NCBI GenBank assembly: GCA_963768655.1
Contig: CAVYIM010000004.1
Coordinates: 480,001 to 544,000 of the forward strand
Length of the DNA stretch: 64,000 bases
Direction of reading: 5' to 3'
DNA from: an uncultured Chloroflexia bacterium
GTDB taxonomy: Bacteria; Chloroflexota; Limnocylindria; Limnocylindrales; CSP1-4
Under the pieces are notes generated by a model. That model saw nothing but the letters and a program-made list of their open reading frames with translations. It was not told the origin of the DNA and did not search any database. Position 1 is the stretch's first letter. Each line of letters opens with the position of its first letter. Made by a program: the position numbers and the translations under genes. Shown here one piece after another: positions 29,639-40,205 of the stretch.

Positions 29639-31711
29639 TCAGGCGGATTCGACCCGCCGGGCCTCCGTGGGTACCTGCCAGTCAGTGACCCGGCGCCGCT
29701 GGATCACGTTGACCGCGCCGGCGTCGCCCGACTTGAGCCGGAATCGTGCCACCAATTCGTCGAGCTGCTGCGCCATCTCGGAGAGTGTCGCCGCGGATGC
29801 GACGACTTCCTCCGCCTGGGCGGACATCTCCTCGGTCGCCGCGGAGACTTCCTCGGCCGAGGCCGAGTTCTCCTGGCTGATCGCGGCGATCGATTCTACC
29901 GATTGTCCGACGACGTCCGCTGCGGACGACATCAGGGCGGCGGACTGGTTGGTCTCCTCCGCGATCTGGGCGATGCCGTCCGTCGCCGAAACCACGTCAG
30001 AGCTGAGGCCGCGGATCTCGACGACGACGGCCATCATGTCGTCGAGGACCACGTTGCGGGCGTCGGCCAGCTCGCGTATCTCCGTGAGCGCGCCGGAGGC
30101 CTGTTTGGCCAGCTCGGCCCCGGCGGCCACTTCGCCGGCCCCGGCGGTCATCGCCTTGACTGCGGCCTCGGTCTCGCGCTGTACGTCGCCGATGAGATCC
30201 GCGATCTCCTTGGTGGCGCGGCTCGAGCGCTCGGCCAGCTTGCGGACCTCGTCCGCGACGACGGCGAAGCCCTTGCCCTGCTCGCCGGCCCGGGCGGCCT
30301 CGATGGCGGCGTTGAGCGCCAGCAGGTTCGTCTGCTCGGCGATGTCGTCGATCGTCTCGACGATGGCGCCGATCTGGTCGGACTTGGCCCCAAGCTGAGC
30401 TACCGCGGCCGCGGTCGAGTCGACGGTGCTCTTGATCCGGTTCATACCGCCGGCCGTCTCGTCGACGGCCTCCTGACCCGCGGCCAGCGCGCCATTCACC
30501 CGATCGTTCAGCGGCGCGATCTCGTCGGAAGCCTCGATTGCCCTGTTGACGGCCTGAGTCGTCGCGTCGAGCGCGCGGGACGCGTCCCTGACACCCATTT
30601 GAGTGCTGGCGGCACCTTCTCCCACCCGCTCGATGATCCGGGCAAGGTCCCGGCTTGCGGCGCTGGTCTGCGAGGCGGCTCGGGCCTGCTCGCCGGCCCC
30701 GCTGGCCACCTGGCTGATCGTCTGAGCGACCTGTTGCGATGCCCGGCCGGACTGCGCGGCCGCAGAGTTGAGCTGGTCCGAGGCACCGGCCATGGCCTCC
30801 GACGCGACCTTGACCTCTCTCACGGTATCGGCCAGACCGCGGCGGGCGGTCTCGTAGCTTTCCATCGTCGACCTGAGCTTGGCCAGCATCCTGTTCGTGA
30901 CCGCCGCCGTCTCGCCGACCTCGTCGCTGCCGTACTTCTCGATGGGGCTCGTGACCGCATGGGCCTCGACCGTGAGGTCGTTGTGGGCCAGGGCCGCGAG
31001 ACCGGCCTCGAGGGCGGCGGCGCAGTTGTCGGTCAATGATGTGAGCGTGGCCTGGACGGCCCTGACGCCCTTGCGGATCGAGCCGGACACGATCACGGAC
31101 AGGGCCAGCCCCAGGGCCCCGGCGATCAGGAAGATGACGATGACGATCAGCCGGCTCTGTTCGAAGGTGGCCTGGGTCTGGCCGTCGATGGCAACGGCGT
31201 CGGCATCGGCCGCAGTTTCCAGACGGTCCAGGTAGCCCACCACATCGTCGAGGATGCCGGCGGCGGCGCCGGCCTCTGCCTCTGCCGCGGCCTGGTCCGA
31301 CCCGAGCTGGGCGGTGGCAAGAGCGCTGGCAAAGGCGGCCTGGTACTTACCCTCCGCAGCCTGGAAATCGGCCAGGTCGCTGCTCTCCTGGGCGCTGTGC
31401 GGGAGCGCCGCGTACACAGCCAGGGCTGCCGCGATCTCCTGGTCATCCGCCGCGATGGTCGTGTCGACGTCCGATTCCGCCGAAGTCGCGTTCCCGACGT
31501 AGACGCTCTCGTTCAGGGCGGCCTGTTTCTCAGCCAGGTCGGTGTCGATGGTCCCCAGCGCCTTGACGGCCGTGGTGCCCCGCGAATAGGCCTGGCCGGA
31601 CTGGGCGTTGACGTTGCCGAGGCTGACGACGGCCACGACGGCCATCAGAAGCGCGGCAAGCAGAAGCGTGCCGGAGGTGGCCATGAGCTTCGTCCGAACA
31701 GAGAGTCTCAT
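29639..31711 (-). CDS. Methyl-accepting chemotaxis protein (4HB sensor, HAMP, MA)
   Basis: Two TM helices, [38 protein letters not shown]. Confidence 0.95.
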   Translation of the reverse strand: MRLSVRTKLMATSGTLLLAALLMAVVAVVSLGNVNAQSGQAYSRGTTAVKALGTIDTDLAEKQAALNESVYVGNATSAESDVDTTIAADDQEIAAALAVYAALPHSAQESSDLADFQAAEGKYQAAFASALATAQLGSDQAAAEAEAGAAAGILDDVVGYLDRLETAADADAVAIDGQTQATFEQSRLIVIVIFLIAGALGLALSVIVSGSIRKGVRAVQATLTSLTDNCAAALEAGLAALAHNDLTVEAHAVTSPIEKYGSDEVGETAAVTNRMLAKLRSTMESYETARRGLADTVREVKVASEAMAGASDQLNSAAAQSGRASQQVAQTISQVASGAGEQARAASQTSAASRDLARIIERVGEGAASTQMGVRDASRALDATTQAVNRAIEASDEIAPLNDRVNGALAAGQEAVDETAGGMNRIKSTVDSTAAAVAQLGAKSDQIGAIVETIDDIAEQTNLLALNAAIEAARAGEQGKGFAVVADEVRKLAERSSRATKEIADLIGDVQRETEAAVKAMTAGAGEVAAGAELAKQASGALTEIRELADARNVVLDDMMAVVVEIRGLSSDVVSATDGIAQIAEETNQSAALMSSAADVVGQSVESIAAISQENSASAEEVSAATEEMSAQAEEVVASAATLSEMAQQLDELVARFRLKSGDAGAVNVIQRRRVTDWQVPTEARRVESA

Positions 31712-31871
31712 CCATGCGACCCGAGATCGGCCGGGGGCGCGCTCGCACCTGTTTGTGCGCGCACGAAGGCGGACGCCGGCAGGTTCGCCTCGATTCGGTT
31801 ATCGGCTGGCCGCGGTCAGACTGAGTACGCGAAAGTCACTAAACCCGGGGCGATTGCGGTCCGGCGCCCGT

Positions 31872-31928
31872 GGCCGGGGCCCGGGGCCGGGGCCGGTGCC
31901 GAGGCCGGGGCCGGTGCCCGGGGCCGGG
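31872..31928. repeat. (GGGGCC)-like hexamer tandem repeat
   Basis: Degenerate CCGGGG/CCGGTG repeats between the VIT1 stop and the MCP upstream region. Confidence 0.6.
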
Positions 31929-31939
31929 CGCCCCTGCCC

Positions 31940-32710
31940 TTAGTGGACCGCGGTTCCGAGCAGCGAGCCGATGCCGAAGGTGACCGCCGCCGCCAGGCCG
32001 CCGAGGCCTGCCTGCCTGACGCCGGTCCATATAGCCCGGCGATGAGTCAGGCGGCTGACACCCAGGCCGACGGCGAAGAGTGCGATCCCGGATGCGGCGA
32101 TGCTGAGGGCGAAGGCAGCCTGCCCGCCGCCGAGGACCAGGAACGGCAGCAACGGCACGAAGGCACCCAGGGCAAACGCGCAGAGCGATCCGAACCCGGC
32201 TGTCACCGGAGAGCCCATCGTCTGGCCCGAGAGCCCGATCTCTTCCCGAACGAAGGTGTCGATCGCCCGCTCCGGATCCTTCATGATCCTGGTAACGATG
32301 AGATCGGCCTCGGCCCACGACAGGCCCTTGGCCTCGTAGATCTCGCGCAGGATGTCGCGTTCCTGCTCCGGCGTGTGGTGGAGCTGGTGGCGCTGCAGGT
32401 CGATCTGGTAGTCGAGCAGCTCGCGCTGCGATCGAACGGACACGTACTCGCCCACGGCCATCGAGAAGCCGCCCGCCAGCAGCCCGGCGACTCCGGCGAT
32501 GACGACCGCATGCGGGTCCTGGCCGGCCGCACCGGCGGCCCCCGCCACGCCCATGATCAGCGACAGGTTGCAGACCAGGCCGTCGGTCGCCCCGAACACG
32601 ACGGGCCGGACGATGCTCGCGCCTCGTGTCTCGTGTGGACTCGCCGGCGGCTCGCGGAGCGAGCGAACGCGCGCGACAATCGCGCTGCGCTTGGCTGTGA
32701 CGCGAGACAT
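31940..32710 (-). CDS. VIT1/CCC1 family iron/manganese transporter
   Basis: VVFGATDGLV, AGLLAGGFSMAVGEYVSVRSQ, GAFVPLLPF. Confidence 0.92.
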   Translation of the reverse strand: MSRVTAKRSAIVARVRSLREPPASPHETRGASIVRPVVFGATDGLVCNLSLIMGVAGAAGAAGQDPHAVVIAGVAGLLAGGFSMAVGEYVSVRSQRELLDYQIDLQRHQLHHTPEQERDILREIYEAKGLSWAEADLIVTRIMKDPERAIDTFVREEIGLSGQTMGSPVTAGFGSLCAFALGAFVPLLPFLVLGGGQAAFALSIAASGIALFAVGLGVSRLTHRRAIWTGVRQAGLGGLAAAVTFGIGSLLGTAVH

Positions 32711-32720
32711 CGATCCCTCG

Positions 32721-34046
32721 CTAGATGGGCCGGCCTTGCGGACCGGATTGTCGCGCATCCTGACGCGCCAGGCGAAGTGCCAGGGGGCGGGGCCACGGTC
32801 CGTCCGTGCCGGTCATCGGGTGCAGTGCGTCGGGCAGGCGGCGCGCGGCGACGACGGCGATCCAGCCGCAGTAGAAGAGAAGCCACATGTTCGGCCCTAT
32901 TGCCCCTACGCCGAGCACGAGCCAGACGGCCGTGCCGCTCTCCAGCATCAGGACCGCCGGCAGCGCGAAGACGAAGCCGTGCGGCCACAGCGACGGCGAG
33001 GCGACGATCGAGGCCAGGCCCAGAGCCGCCAGGCCGCGACGCCCGGAGAAGAGCAGGGCCGCCGCCACCACGCCGACGGAGAGCGTGACGAACACGGACC
33101 CGGGCATGAAGCGCGCTTCCGAGTAGCCGAACATCGAGATCACGGCCTGCTGCGAGTCGGACCGATAGCCGAGCCCGGCGACCCACGCCCGCCACGAGTC
33201 GAGTCCCACGATCGGCAGAGTCACTAAGGCAATCGCGGCGACGGCGGTCAGGCCCAGGATGAGTCCGCGCCAGCGCCTGGTGCGCACCAGCCACAGCGCC
33301 GGGATCGCGGACTGGATCTTGAAGAGGCCGTCGACCACGAGGCTCCCATTCGCTCGATACGCCAGCGCGAACAGCAGGAACGTCAGGCTGGCGACGTTGC
33401 CGGATTCGAAGCCGATCATCACCGGCGGGAAGGTCAGCAGCAGCGCGCTCCAGAGCGGTCGAAGGCCCAGCGCGCGAAACGAGCCGTAGGCGCAGGCGAC
33501 CATGAAGCCGACCCACGCCACCGCCACCGGCGGGTTCGGCAGCTTCGAGAGCAGCCCGAAGAAGGGCAGCAGCGGCGGGGGATAGAGGAAGAAGTCCTGG
33601 CCCGGGCTCGACGGCCAGACACTGACCGGCCCGGTCATGTACGGCTGTCCGCCCGCCAGCCAGCGCCCCGCCGATGCCAGGTACACGTCGAAGTCGTAGA
33701 GGTGGTTGGTCTGCTGCCAGAGCAGGACGTCGAACAGCAGCCAGCCGACGACGACCCACGTGACAAGCGTGACCAACCCCAGGCCGGGTCCGGATCTGCC
33801 GGCTGGAGTGAGGACCGATCGAACCCGCGCGACGGCGACGATGGCCGCGGTCGCGACGATCCACACGACCCCGAACGGCGGGCCACCGATCGGCTGCCCG
33901 AGCCGGTCCGCCAGCCCGGCGGCGATGATGGCCATGCCCACCGGCACCGCGGCGTTGACCGGGCCGACGCGTGCCCAGCGCAGGCTCGCCATCTCGGCGA
34001 CCCAGCCGCGCACGCCATCCACGAACGAAAGAAGGCCCTCAGTCAC
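32721..34046 (-). CDS. Glycosyltransferase family 87 (DUF2029) protein
   Basis: YDFDVY..GQPY, FLYPP, GNV, K motif, SP..WPH; polytopic. Confidence 0.8.
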   Translation of the reverse strand: MTEGLLSFVDGVRGWVAEMASLRWARVGPVNAAVPVGMAIIAAGLADRLGQPIGGPPFGVVWIVATAAIVAVARVRSVLTPAGRSGPGLGLVTLVTWVVVGWLLFDVLLWQQTNHLYDFDVYLASAGRWLAGGQPYMTGPVSVWPSSPGQDFFLYPPPLLPFFGLLSKLPNPPVAVAWVGFMVACAYGSFRALGLRPLWSALLLTFPPVMIGFESGNVASLTFLLFALAYRANGSLVVDGLFKIQSAIPALWLVRTRRWRGLILGLTAVAAIALVTLPIVGLDSWRAWVAGLGYRSDSQQAVISMFGYSEARFMPGSVFVTLSVGVVAAALLFSGRRGLAALGLASIVASPSLWPHGFVFALPAVLMLESGTAVWLVLGVGAIGPNMWLLFYCGWIAVVAARRLPDALHPMTGTDGPWPRPLALRLARQDARQSGPQGRPI

Positions 34047-34403
34047 CCGGCAATTCTAGGGTGCCCGACCGGCCTCGACCGGTTGCGCTCAGTGCTCACG
34101 GGGCTGGCCGGTACCAGTCCGCAGCCTCTTCATGGGCTCGAAGAGGCCGTTCCGTATGGGTTGGATCTCCACAGAACCGACTCAACCACCACCTGTATCC
34201 CGCCTCCGCCTGACTACATAACGGCTGAGCCGCTCCTTTTGCAACATGCGCCCGTCAAACGGCCCGGGCCGGCGATGTCGCCCCGAAGGCATCGACCACA
34301 GACCCTCAGGTTCAGGCGCACATTGAGGGCGAACGGTCACGCTCGATGCGCGCCTGCCGAACCGGTCGAGCGCGACGAGCGTCCCCGAAACGGGTTCTCG
34401 ACC

Positions 34404-34766
34404 TTACCGCCGAAGGTAGATCGCCCGTCGCTCGCAATCAGCGGCGATGGCAGAGAGACGGCCGATGAGCTCTGCTTCAGTCGGAACGGCGTCTTCTCTG
34501 CGCCCCGTGGCCAGCACTCCACGGGACGACGCGATGCTCACGATCTCGGTCTGAGCTCGGCTCGCGAAGGCCAGGTCCTCGCGTGCATCGTCCAGCTTCC
34601 GCTCCGAGTAGTACCTGGTCCACCGCGAAAGCTCCGCGAAGTCCACCTCGTCATGCGCGTCTCGCCACATGACCGAGTGCCGTTGTATGACGTCGTTGGC
34701 AGCGGCCGACAGGTCGTCGGCGGCCAGGCGAGCCCGTTCCTCGGCAGCATCGAAGTCCTGAGTCAT
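34404..34766 (-). CDS. Hypothetical protein
   Basis: RBS GGAGG before ATG, helical acidic composition. Confidence 0.6.
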   Translation of the reverse strand: MTQDFDAAEERARLAADDLSAAANDVIQRHSVMWRDAHDEVDFAELSRWTRYYSERKLDDAREDLAFASRAQTEIVSIASSRGVLATGRREDAVPTEAELIGRLSAIAADCERRAIYLRR

Positions 34767-34928
34767 TGTCCCAACCTCCCGACCCAGTCGACTATGGTGA
34801 CCGGGTCAACGTTCGTTCAATGTCGGCGGCCGGTCAAGGGCGGAGCGGCACTGCCTTCTGGCGCTGCGCCGAGGCGGAAGCCGCGCCTTCTGTGCCGCGG
34901 GGCGTTCGCATCGGCCTACCATGAGGGC

Positions 34929-37442
34929 GTGCTGAGCCGAGCCCGCATCTCCATCGCGCGACCCGGTCGCCCGCCACTCGGGGGACTGGCGATCGCGTGT
35001 GTCGGGCTCGTGCTGACGACGGTCCTCGCCGCGGTCATCGTTCACGCCCTCAAGGTGCCCGACGCCTCGATCGTCTACCTGTTGCCGGTCGTGGCCGTCG
35101 GCATGGCGTACGGCAGCAGACTCGCGATCGCAACCTCCGTCGCGTCGTTCCTCATCTACGACTTCTTCTTCGTGAAGCCGCTCTACACGTTCTCCGTCGC
35201 CGCGCCGGAGGAGTGGCTGGATCTGCTGCTCTTCCTGGTCGTGGCGATCGCCATCGGCCGGCTCAGCGCTATGCAGCTCCAGCGCCGGCGCGAAGCGGAA
35301 TTGCGCACCTCCGAGGCTCGCGCCATGTTCGCCATGAGCCGCGACGCCGCGAACGCGGCCACGGCCCTCGAGGCGGCGCCGCTGCTGGCCAGCCGGCTGG
35401 TGCGCCAGGCCGAGATGGACCGCGTCTGGGTCGGCCTGGGCGGGTCCGTCGCGGAGGAACGCGTGGTGGCCGACAGCCGGCCCGAAGAGCCCCGGCCGTC
35501 GCTGGTCTCGCGCTGGGTGATGCACTCGAGCTCCGCCGAGGCGCAGCCGAGCTGGACCAGGGTGCGAGAGACAGGCGGCGGCCGACTCCACGAGCACGTC
35601 CGCGAGCCGGGCCACGATGCCGGCCACGAGCCAGGGCACGATGCCGGCCACGAGCCCGGACATGAACAAGCGCACGAGCGCGACGAACCGGTGACCGTCT
35701 TCCGCGTCCCGATCCAGGCCGGCGGGGAGATCATCGGCTCCGTGTGGGCGACCCGCGTCCACGGCGATCCGTTCCCGGGCCGATCCCACACCCGGCTGCT
35801 CGCCGCCGCCGCCGATCAGCTCGGCCAGTCGGTCGTGCGTGACCGCCTCGCCGCCGAGGCCACTGCCGCCGAAGTCGCCCGCCAGGGCGACGCGCTCAAG
35901 TCGGCCCTGCTCGATTCGGTCTCGCACGACCTGCGCACGCCGCTGGCGGCGATCCGCGCGGCTGCCGGGAACCTCATGGATCCGGACGTCGACTGGACGC
36001 GCGACGAGGAGCGCGCCGCCGCCAGCTCGATCGACGCCGAGGCGCAGCGCCTCAGCCGCCTGGTCCGCAACATGCTCGACCTGAGCCGGATCGAGGGCGG
36101 AGCGCTGCACCCGTCGCTGGAGCTGTACGACCTGTCCGACCTGGTGGATCCGGTGGTCGAACGCCTGACGCCGGTGCTCGCGCCCGCGCTGGTGGAGGTT
36201 TCGATTCCGGACGACCTGCCGCCGGTGCGCGTCGACGCGATCTTCGTCGACCAGATCCTGACCAACCTGCTGGAGAACGCAGCCCGCTACGCCGCCGGCA
36301 AAGGGATCCGCGTCACGGCCGAATGCCCGTCCGACGGCAGGGTCGAGCTGACGGTCGAGGACGCCGGGCCGGGCGTTCCGGCTGCCGCGCTGACCCACCT
36401 CTTCGAGCGCTTCTACCGAGGGCCGCGGCGGCTGGGCTCGCGCAGCGAGGGCGGATCCGGCATCGGGCTGACGGTCGTCCGCGGCCTGGCGGAGGCGATG
36501 GGCGGTTCGGCGGAGGCGCGCCCCAGCGAGCTGGGCGGACTGGCGGTTGCGGTCAGGCTGCCGGTCGAAGCGACGGCACCGGCGGGCGAGGCGGAGGCCG
36601 AAGCCGCGGCGGAGCCGGCGGCCGGCGCGGTCGAACCGGCGACCGAACCCGCCGTCGAGCCGGCCGCGCCCGCGGGCGATTCGGTGGCACCGGCGGTCGA
36701 CCAGGTCGAGCTGGCAGCCGAAGCGGCCGAAATCGAAATGAGCGATGGCGGCGCTGTCGTCCTGATCGTCGAGGATGACGAAACGGCGCGGACCGCGATC
36801 GCCGGCAATCTGCGGGCGCGCGGCCACGAGGTCGACGAGGCGGGCGACGTGCGCGAGGCACTGCGGTTGTGGGATTGCCGCCGCCCGGACCTCATCCTGC
36901 TCGACCTGGGATTGCCCGACCTGGACGGCCAGGCGGTCATCCTGCGGGTCCGGCGCGAGGCCACGACGCCGATCATCGTCGTCTCGGCCCGGGGTCGCGA
37001 AGAGGATCGCGTCGCCGCTCTCGACGCCGGCGCCGACGACTACCTGACCAAGCCCTTCGGCCTGTCGGAGCTGCACGCCCGAATGCGGGCGGTCCTGCGG
37101 CGAGCGGCCGGTCCGGAGGCCGACACGGAGGGGCGGCTGCACCTCGGTCCCGTGGTCATGGACGTGCCGCGCCACGAGGTCAGCGTGGGCGGGACGCCGG
37201 TGGAGCTGACCCCGCGCGAGTTCGAGCTGCTCAAGATCCTGCTGTCGCAATCGGGGCGAGTCGTGACGGCGGGCCGGCTGCTCCGCGCCGTCTGGGGCAC
37301 GGCTTACTCGGACGAGGGCCACTACCTGCACGTCTACGTCTCGCGGCTGCGCCGCAAGCTCGCTGCCGCCGATCCGTCCGGCGCGGCCGCCAGGCTGATC
37401 GTCGCCGAGCCGGGCGTGGGCTACCGCATCGTCGCGGAGTAG
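34929..37442 (+). CDS. kdpD: KdpD membrane/GAF/kinase half in frame with KdpE response regulator
   Basis: DUF4118 TMs (YDFFFVKPLYTF), DSVSHDLRTPL H-box, HATPase, then from ATG 36738 REC + OmpR wHTH (HYLHVYVSRLRRKL..EPGVGYR); the fusion hinges on one A at 36736-36738. Confidence 0.85.
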   Translation: MLSRARISIARPGRPPLGGLAIACVGLVLTTVLAAVIVHALKVPDASIVYLLPVVAVGMAYGSRLAIATSVASFLIYDFFFVKPLYTFSVAAPEEWLDLLLFLVVAIAIGRLSAMQLQRRREAELRTSEARAMFAMSRDAANAATALEAAPLLASRLVRQAEMDRVWVGLGGSVAEERVVADSRPEEPRPSLVSRWVMHSSSAEAQPSWTRVRETGGGRLHEHVREPGHDAGHEPGHDAGHEPGHEQAHERDEPVTVFRVPIQAGGEIIGSVWATRVHGDPFPGRSHTRLLAAAADQLGQSVVRDRLAAEATAAEVARQGDALKSALLDSVSHDLRTPLAAIRAAAGNLMDPDVDWTRDEERAAASSIDAEAQRLSRLVRNMLDLSRIEGGALHPSLELYDLSDLVDPVVERLTPVLAPALVEVSIPDDLPPVRVDAIFVDQILTNLLENAARYAAGKGIRVTAECPSDGRVELTVEDAGPGVPAAALTHLFERFYRGPRRLGSRSEGGSGIGLTVVRGLAEAMGGSAEARPSELGGLAVAVRLPVEATAPAGEAEAEAAAEPAAGAVEPATEPAVEPAAPAGDSVAPAVDQVELAAEAAEIEMSDGGAVVLIVEDDETARTAIAGNLRARGHEVDEAGDVREALRLWDCRRPDLILLDLGLPDLDGQAVILRVRREATTPIIVVSARGREEDRVAALDAGADDYLTKPFGLSELHARMRAVLRRAAGPEADTEGRLHLGPVVMDVPRHEVSVGGTPVELTPREFELLKILLSQSGRVVTAGRLLRAVWGTAYSDEGHYLHVYVSRLRRKLAAADPSGAAARLIVAEPGVGYRIVAE

Positions 37443-38063
37443 GGGAGTCGGCCTCAGGGCGCGACCTCCGAGCCGCAGCGGGGTCCGCGGAGTTCGGCCG
37501 GCCGCCCGCCGGCCCGTCGTTCGCGCACAGGGCGGCGGTTCCGGTTCCCGGCGTCGCGGCGGACGTCGCCGCCGTCTCGCCGCCCGAACTTAGGGCCACT
37601 CCCCGGCCTGCGGCCGCACCGCAACGATGCTATCGCGGATGAGCTCGCACTCGGACTCGTCGGTACCACGCGGCAGCCGCGCCGAAAGTCGAGCTCGAGC
37701 GTGGACGCCGGCAGGCGGCGCCGCGTGTGGACTCGCCGGCAGGCGGGCCAGTTTCTTGCAGATACGCCTGTCAGGCGTGTTGTCCGCGATTGGAGCCGTT
37801 CCGGGCGAGCGGGACCGCTACCAAAGACTCCGATCCACGCTCGGGCGAGCGTGATGAAGCCCTGGCAAGGGCCGTGGATCGGTGCGCTGGGCACAGAGTC
37901 CGCGTCCAACACTCCCGCAGGGCGTAGATGACCGAATCCGGGCAGCCTCGGGGCTCGGGCGGCTTCGGCTCCCGCCCGCGGGTCGCCGCCGCGGGCCGCC
38001 GCCACGGGTCGCGTCCGGGGGCGGACCTCGAGATCTCCGCGCAACCCGAGCCGGTGGTCGAGC

Positions 38064-39413
38064 CTACGGCTCTGGCAACGGAGACGGCGCAGGGCACTTG
38101 GCGGCCATCACCGACCGGACCGGCGAGTCGGGCTTGATCACGCTCTTCAGCGCGGACCACGGGATGACGACCTCTCGCTGGTACAGGGAGGCGGCAGGCC
38201 ACGATGCCACCGTGGGATCCTGGAAGACGAGGTGCAAACCGTCACACTCCGGGTGCCACATCGCCGCCTCGAGGGCATCGGGCGCCGTTGCCGCGGCGTA
38301 GGCGCCACCGTCTGACGCCAGACCCATGATCTGCCGGGTTTGCGCCGAGAGGACGGCCAGGCCGTTCGCCGGGTTCGTGAACAGCTCGTCTACGCCGATC
38401 CTGTGCCCGTCCGAGAGATCGAACTCGAGGTAGGCCGTCCACTCCGGGATGGTCACCGAGGGGGCGGGATCCAGTGTCGGGTCCATGATCACGTTGATCC
38501 GAAGCCACCCCGGTAGCGAGGTGTCCGCCACCCACGAGCCGAACAGCTGACCGGTGCCGGTTTGCGGAAGCAGACGTCCTCTGAGCGTCGCCAGGTCCGC
38601 GGCGAGCTGAGCCGCCCACTGTTCGGCGGCCCCGGAGATTGCCTGGTTGATGGTGGCGTCCGTGGCCGTGCCGCCGGGCGTTCCAGACACCGTCGGGTAG
38701 TTGAAGTTCCATGTGACCACGCCTGTCGGATCGTCCCCCTGGTATCTGGTCGGGCAGACCGAGTAGCTCTGGTCCGTCGGCGGCGCTCCCTCGTACGTTG
38801 CGAACGAGCCGGGCCCGTAGATCCACCACAACGGAGCCGAGACGCTAGTGATCACAGTCGATGTCGAATCCTGGTCGGCGGCCACCAGAACTTCCGACGG
38901 ATATGTCGTCACCGCAAAGCTGCCCGTCTGACCGCAGGTCAGCTGGCCGACAACCTGCTCGCCGACGGTCACCGTCATGAGGCTTGCCCCGCGATTGACG
39001 GCCCAGATCCGCGTGGCGCCCGGTGGGAACGGGGTTGGGACCGGAGTTGGGCCTGGCGTGGGCGGCGTGGGAATCGGGGGCGGCCAGGGCGCTGCCGTGG
39101 CTTGCGCCGTCGCCGAGGCCGTGGCCGTCGCGCCGGGCCCGGTGAGCCCGAGGTCGGTCCGGCCGAGCTGCGCCCACGGCAGCGCAGCAAGTACGAAGCC
39201 GGCGATGACCATCGCCACGAGTGCGGCCGGGGCCAACCTGGCCAGGTCATGCCGGAGGCCGCGGCCGGCCACCCGCGTCTCGCCTCGGGCCCGGATCGAT
39301 CTGACGATCCGGCCGTGGAGCTTGACCGGGACCGGTGAGCCGGCCAGCTCTTCGTAGTAGGACGAGAGCGACCTGTCGAGCAGGCCGTCGTCGGGCGCGT
39401 CAATGCCGCTCAT
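38064..39413 (-). CDS. Putative anti-sigma factor with DUF3298/RsiV-like extracellular domain
   Basis: Coupled to ECF sigma; one TM, Pro/Thr linker, YPTVSG..INQAI..FDLSDGHRIGVDELF..VIPWSALK. Confidence 0.65.
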   Translation of the reverse strand: MSGIDAPDDGLLDRSLSSYYEELAGSPVPVKLHGRIVRSIRARGETRVAGRGLRHDLARLAPAALVAMVIAGFVLAALPWAQLGRTDLGLTGPGATATASATAQATAAPWPPPIPTPPTPGPTPVPTPFPPGATRIWAVNRGASLMTVTVGEQVVGQLTCGQTGSFAVTTYPSEVLVAADQDSTSTVITSVSAPLWWIYGPGSFATYEGAPPTDQSYSVCPTRYQGDDPTGVVTWNFNYPTVSGTPGGTATDATINQAISGAAEQWAAQLAADLATLRGRLLPQTGTGQLFGSWVADTSLPGWLRINVIMDPTLDPAPSVTIPEWTAYLEFDLSDGHRIGVDELFTNPANGLAVLSAQTRQIMGLASDGGAYAAATAPDALEAAMWHPECDGLHLVFQDPTVASWPAASLYQREVVIPWSALKSVIKPDSPVRSVMAAKCPAPSPLPEP

Positions 39414-39964
39414 CGAGGTCCCTCCGGCCGCGTGCGGGACGCGGCGAGTGCGCTGCGGAGTCTCTGGCGCGCCAGGTACAGGCGCGACTTGATGGTTCCC
39501 TCAGGTTGGCCCAGGCGTCGGGCGATCTCGGTGATTTCGAGGTCGCGCCCGAACCGAAGGGCGAGCACGATCTGCTCGTCGGGCGTAAGGGCGGCGATGG
39601 CTCGACCGAGCTCGTCGCGATCGGCCATCTCACTCGAGGTGTCCGGGCGGCTCGCCTCGGCCGCGGGGGTCAGCTCGCCGACTCGGTGGCGGGAAGCCTC
39701 TCGCAGCCGGTCGCGGCACTTGTTGGCCACGATCCGGGCGAACCAGGCGTCGAGCGCGTCCGGGTCGCGCAGGCTCGTGCGATGCTCCCAGGCTGCCAGA
39801 ACCGCATCGTGAGCGACGTCCTCCGCGGCGCACGGGTCGCGCAGCATCACGGTCGCCAGACGGTATGCCTCCGGCAGGACGCGCACGACGAACGCCTCCA
39901 TCGTCTCGACCGTCGTCAGGTCGACGACTTCCGCCCGAAGTCTCACGACGGCGTCTCCCGCCAC
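39410..39964 (-). CDS. ECF sigma-70 factor
   Basis: AEDVAHDA..AW, WFARIVANKCRD, EIARRLGQPEGTIKSRLYLARQRLR. Confidence 0.92.
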   Translation of the reverse strand: MAGDAVVRLRAEVVDLTTVETMEAFVVRVLPEAYRLATVMLRDPCAAEDVAHDAVLAAWEHRTSLRDPDALDAWFARIVANKCRDRLREASRHRVGELTPAAEASRPDTSSEMADRDELGRAIAALTPDEQIVLALRFGRDLEITEIARRLGQPEGTIKSRLYLARQRLRSALAASRTRPEGPR

Positions 39965-40013
39965 CGACTCTCCCAGCGCTCTTGCGGCCGAACACGGTCG
40001 GCCTCACGTGTAC

Positions 40014-40039
40014 GACGCGCCAGCGGCGCCTCAGGTTGA
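40014..40039 (-). promoter_or_regulatory. ECF-type autoregulatory promoter
   Basis: TCAAC-N17-CGTC about 50 nt upstream of the sigma start. Confidence 0.5.
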
Positions 40040-40205
40040 GGTTGGCGGCGCGGCCGCGTGAGCCCAGCTCGGTCCGGCGGGTAGAAGCGCGTTCCCTCGA
40101 TGTGCACGAGGCGATGGTAGTCAGGCGCCGGGCGCCGCGGAGCGCACCTGAGCGGGCCGCGGCCGGCCTTGCCGCCGCGGTCGGCTCTTCGGACGTGCCG
40201 CCGCC

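Noticed and set aside
33702-34928. 409-aa N-terminal extension of the 1246-aa ORF
   Set aside because: Overlaps two minus-strand genes and has no domain; real start is near GTG 34929
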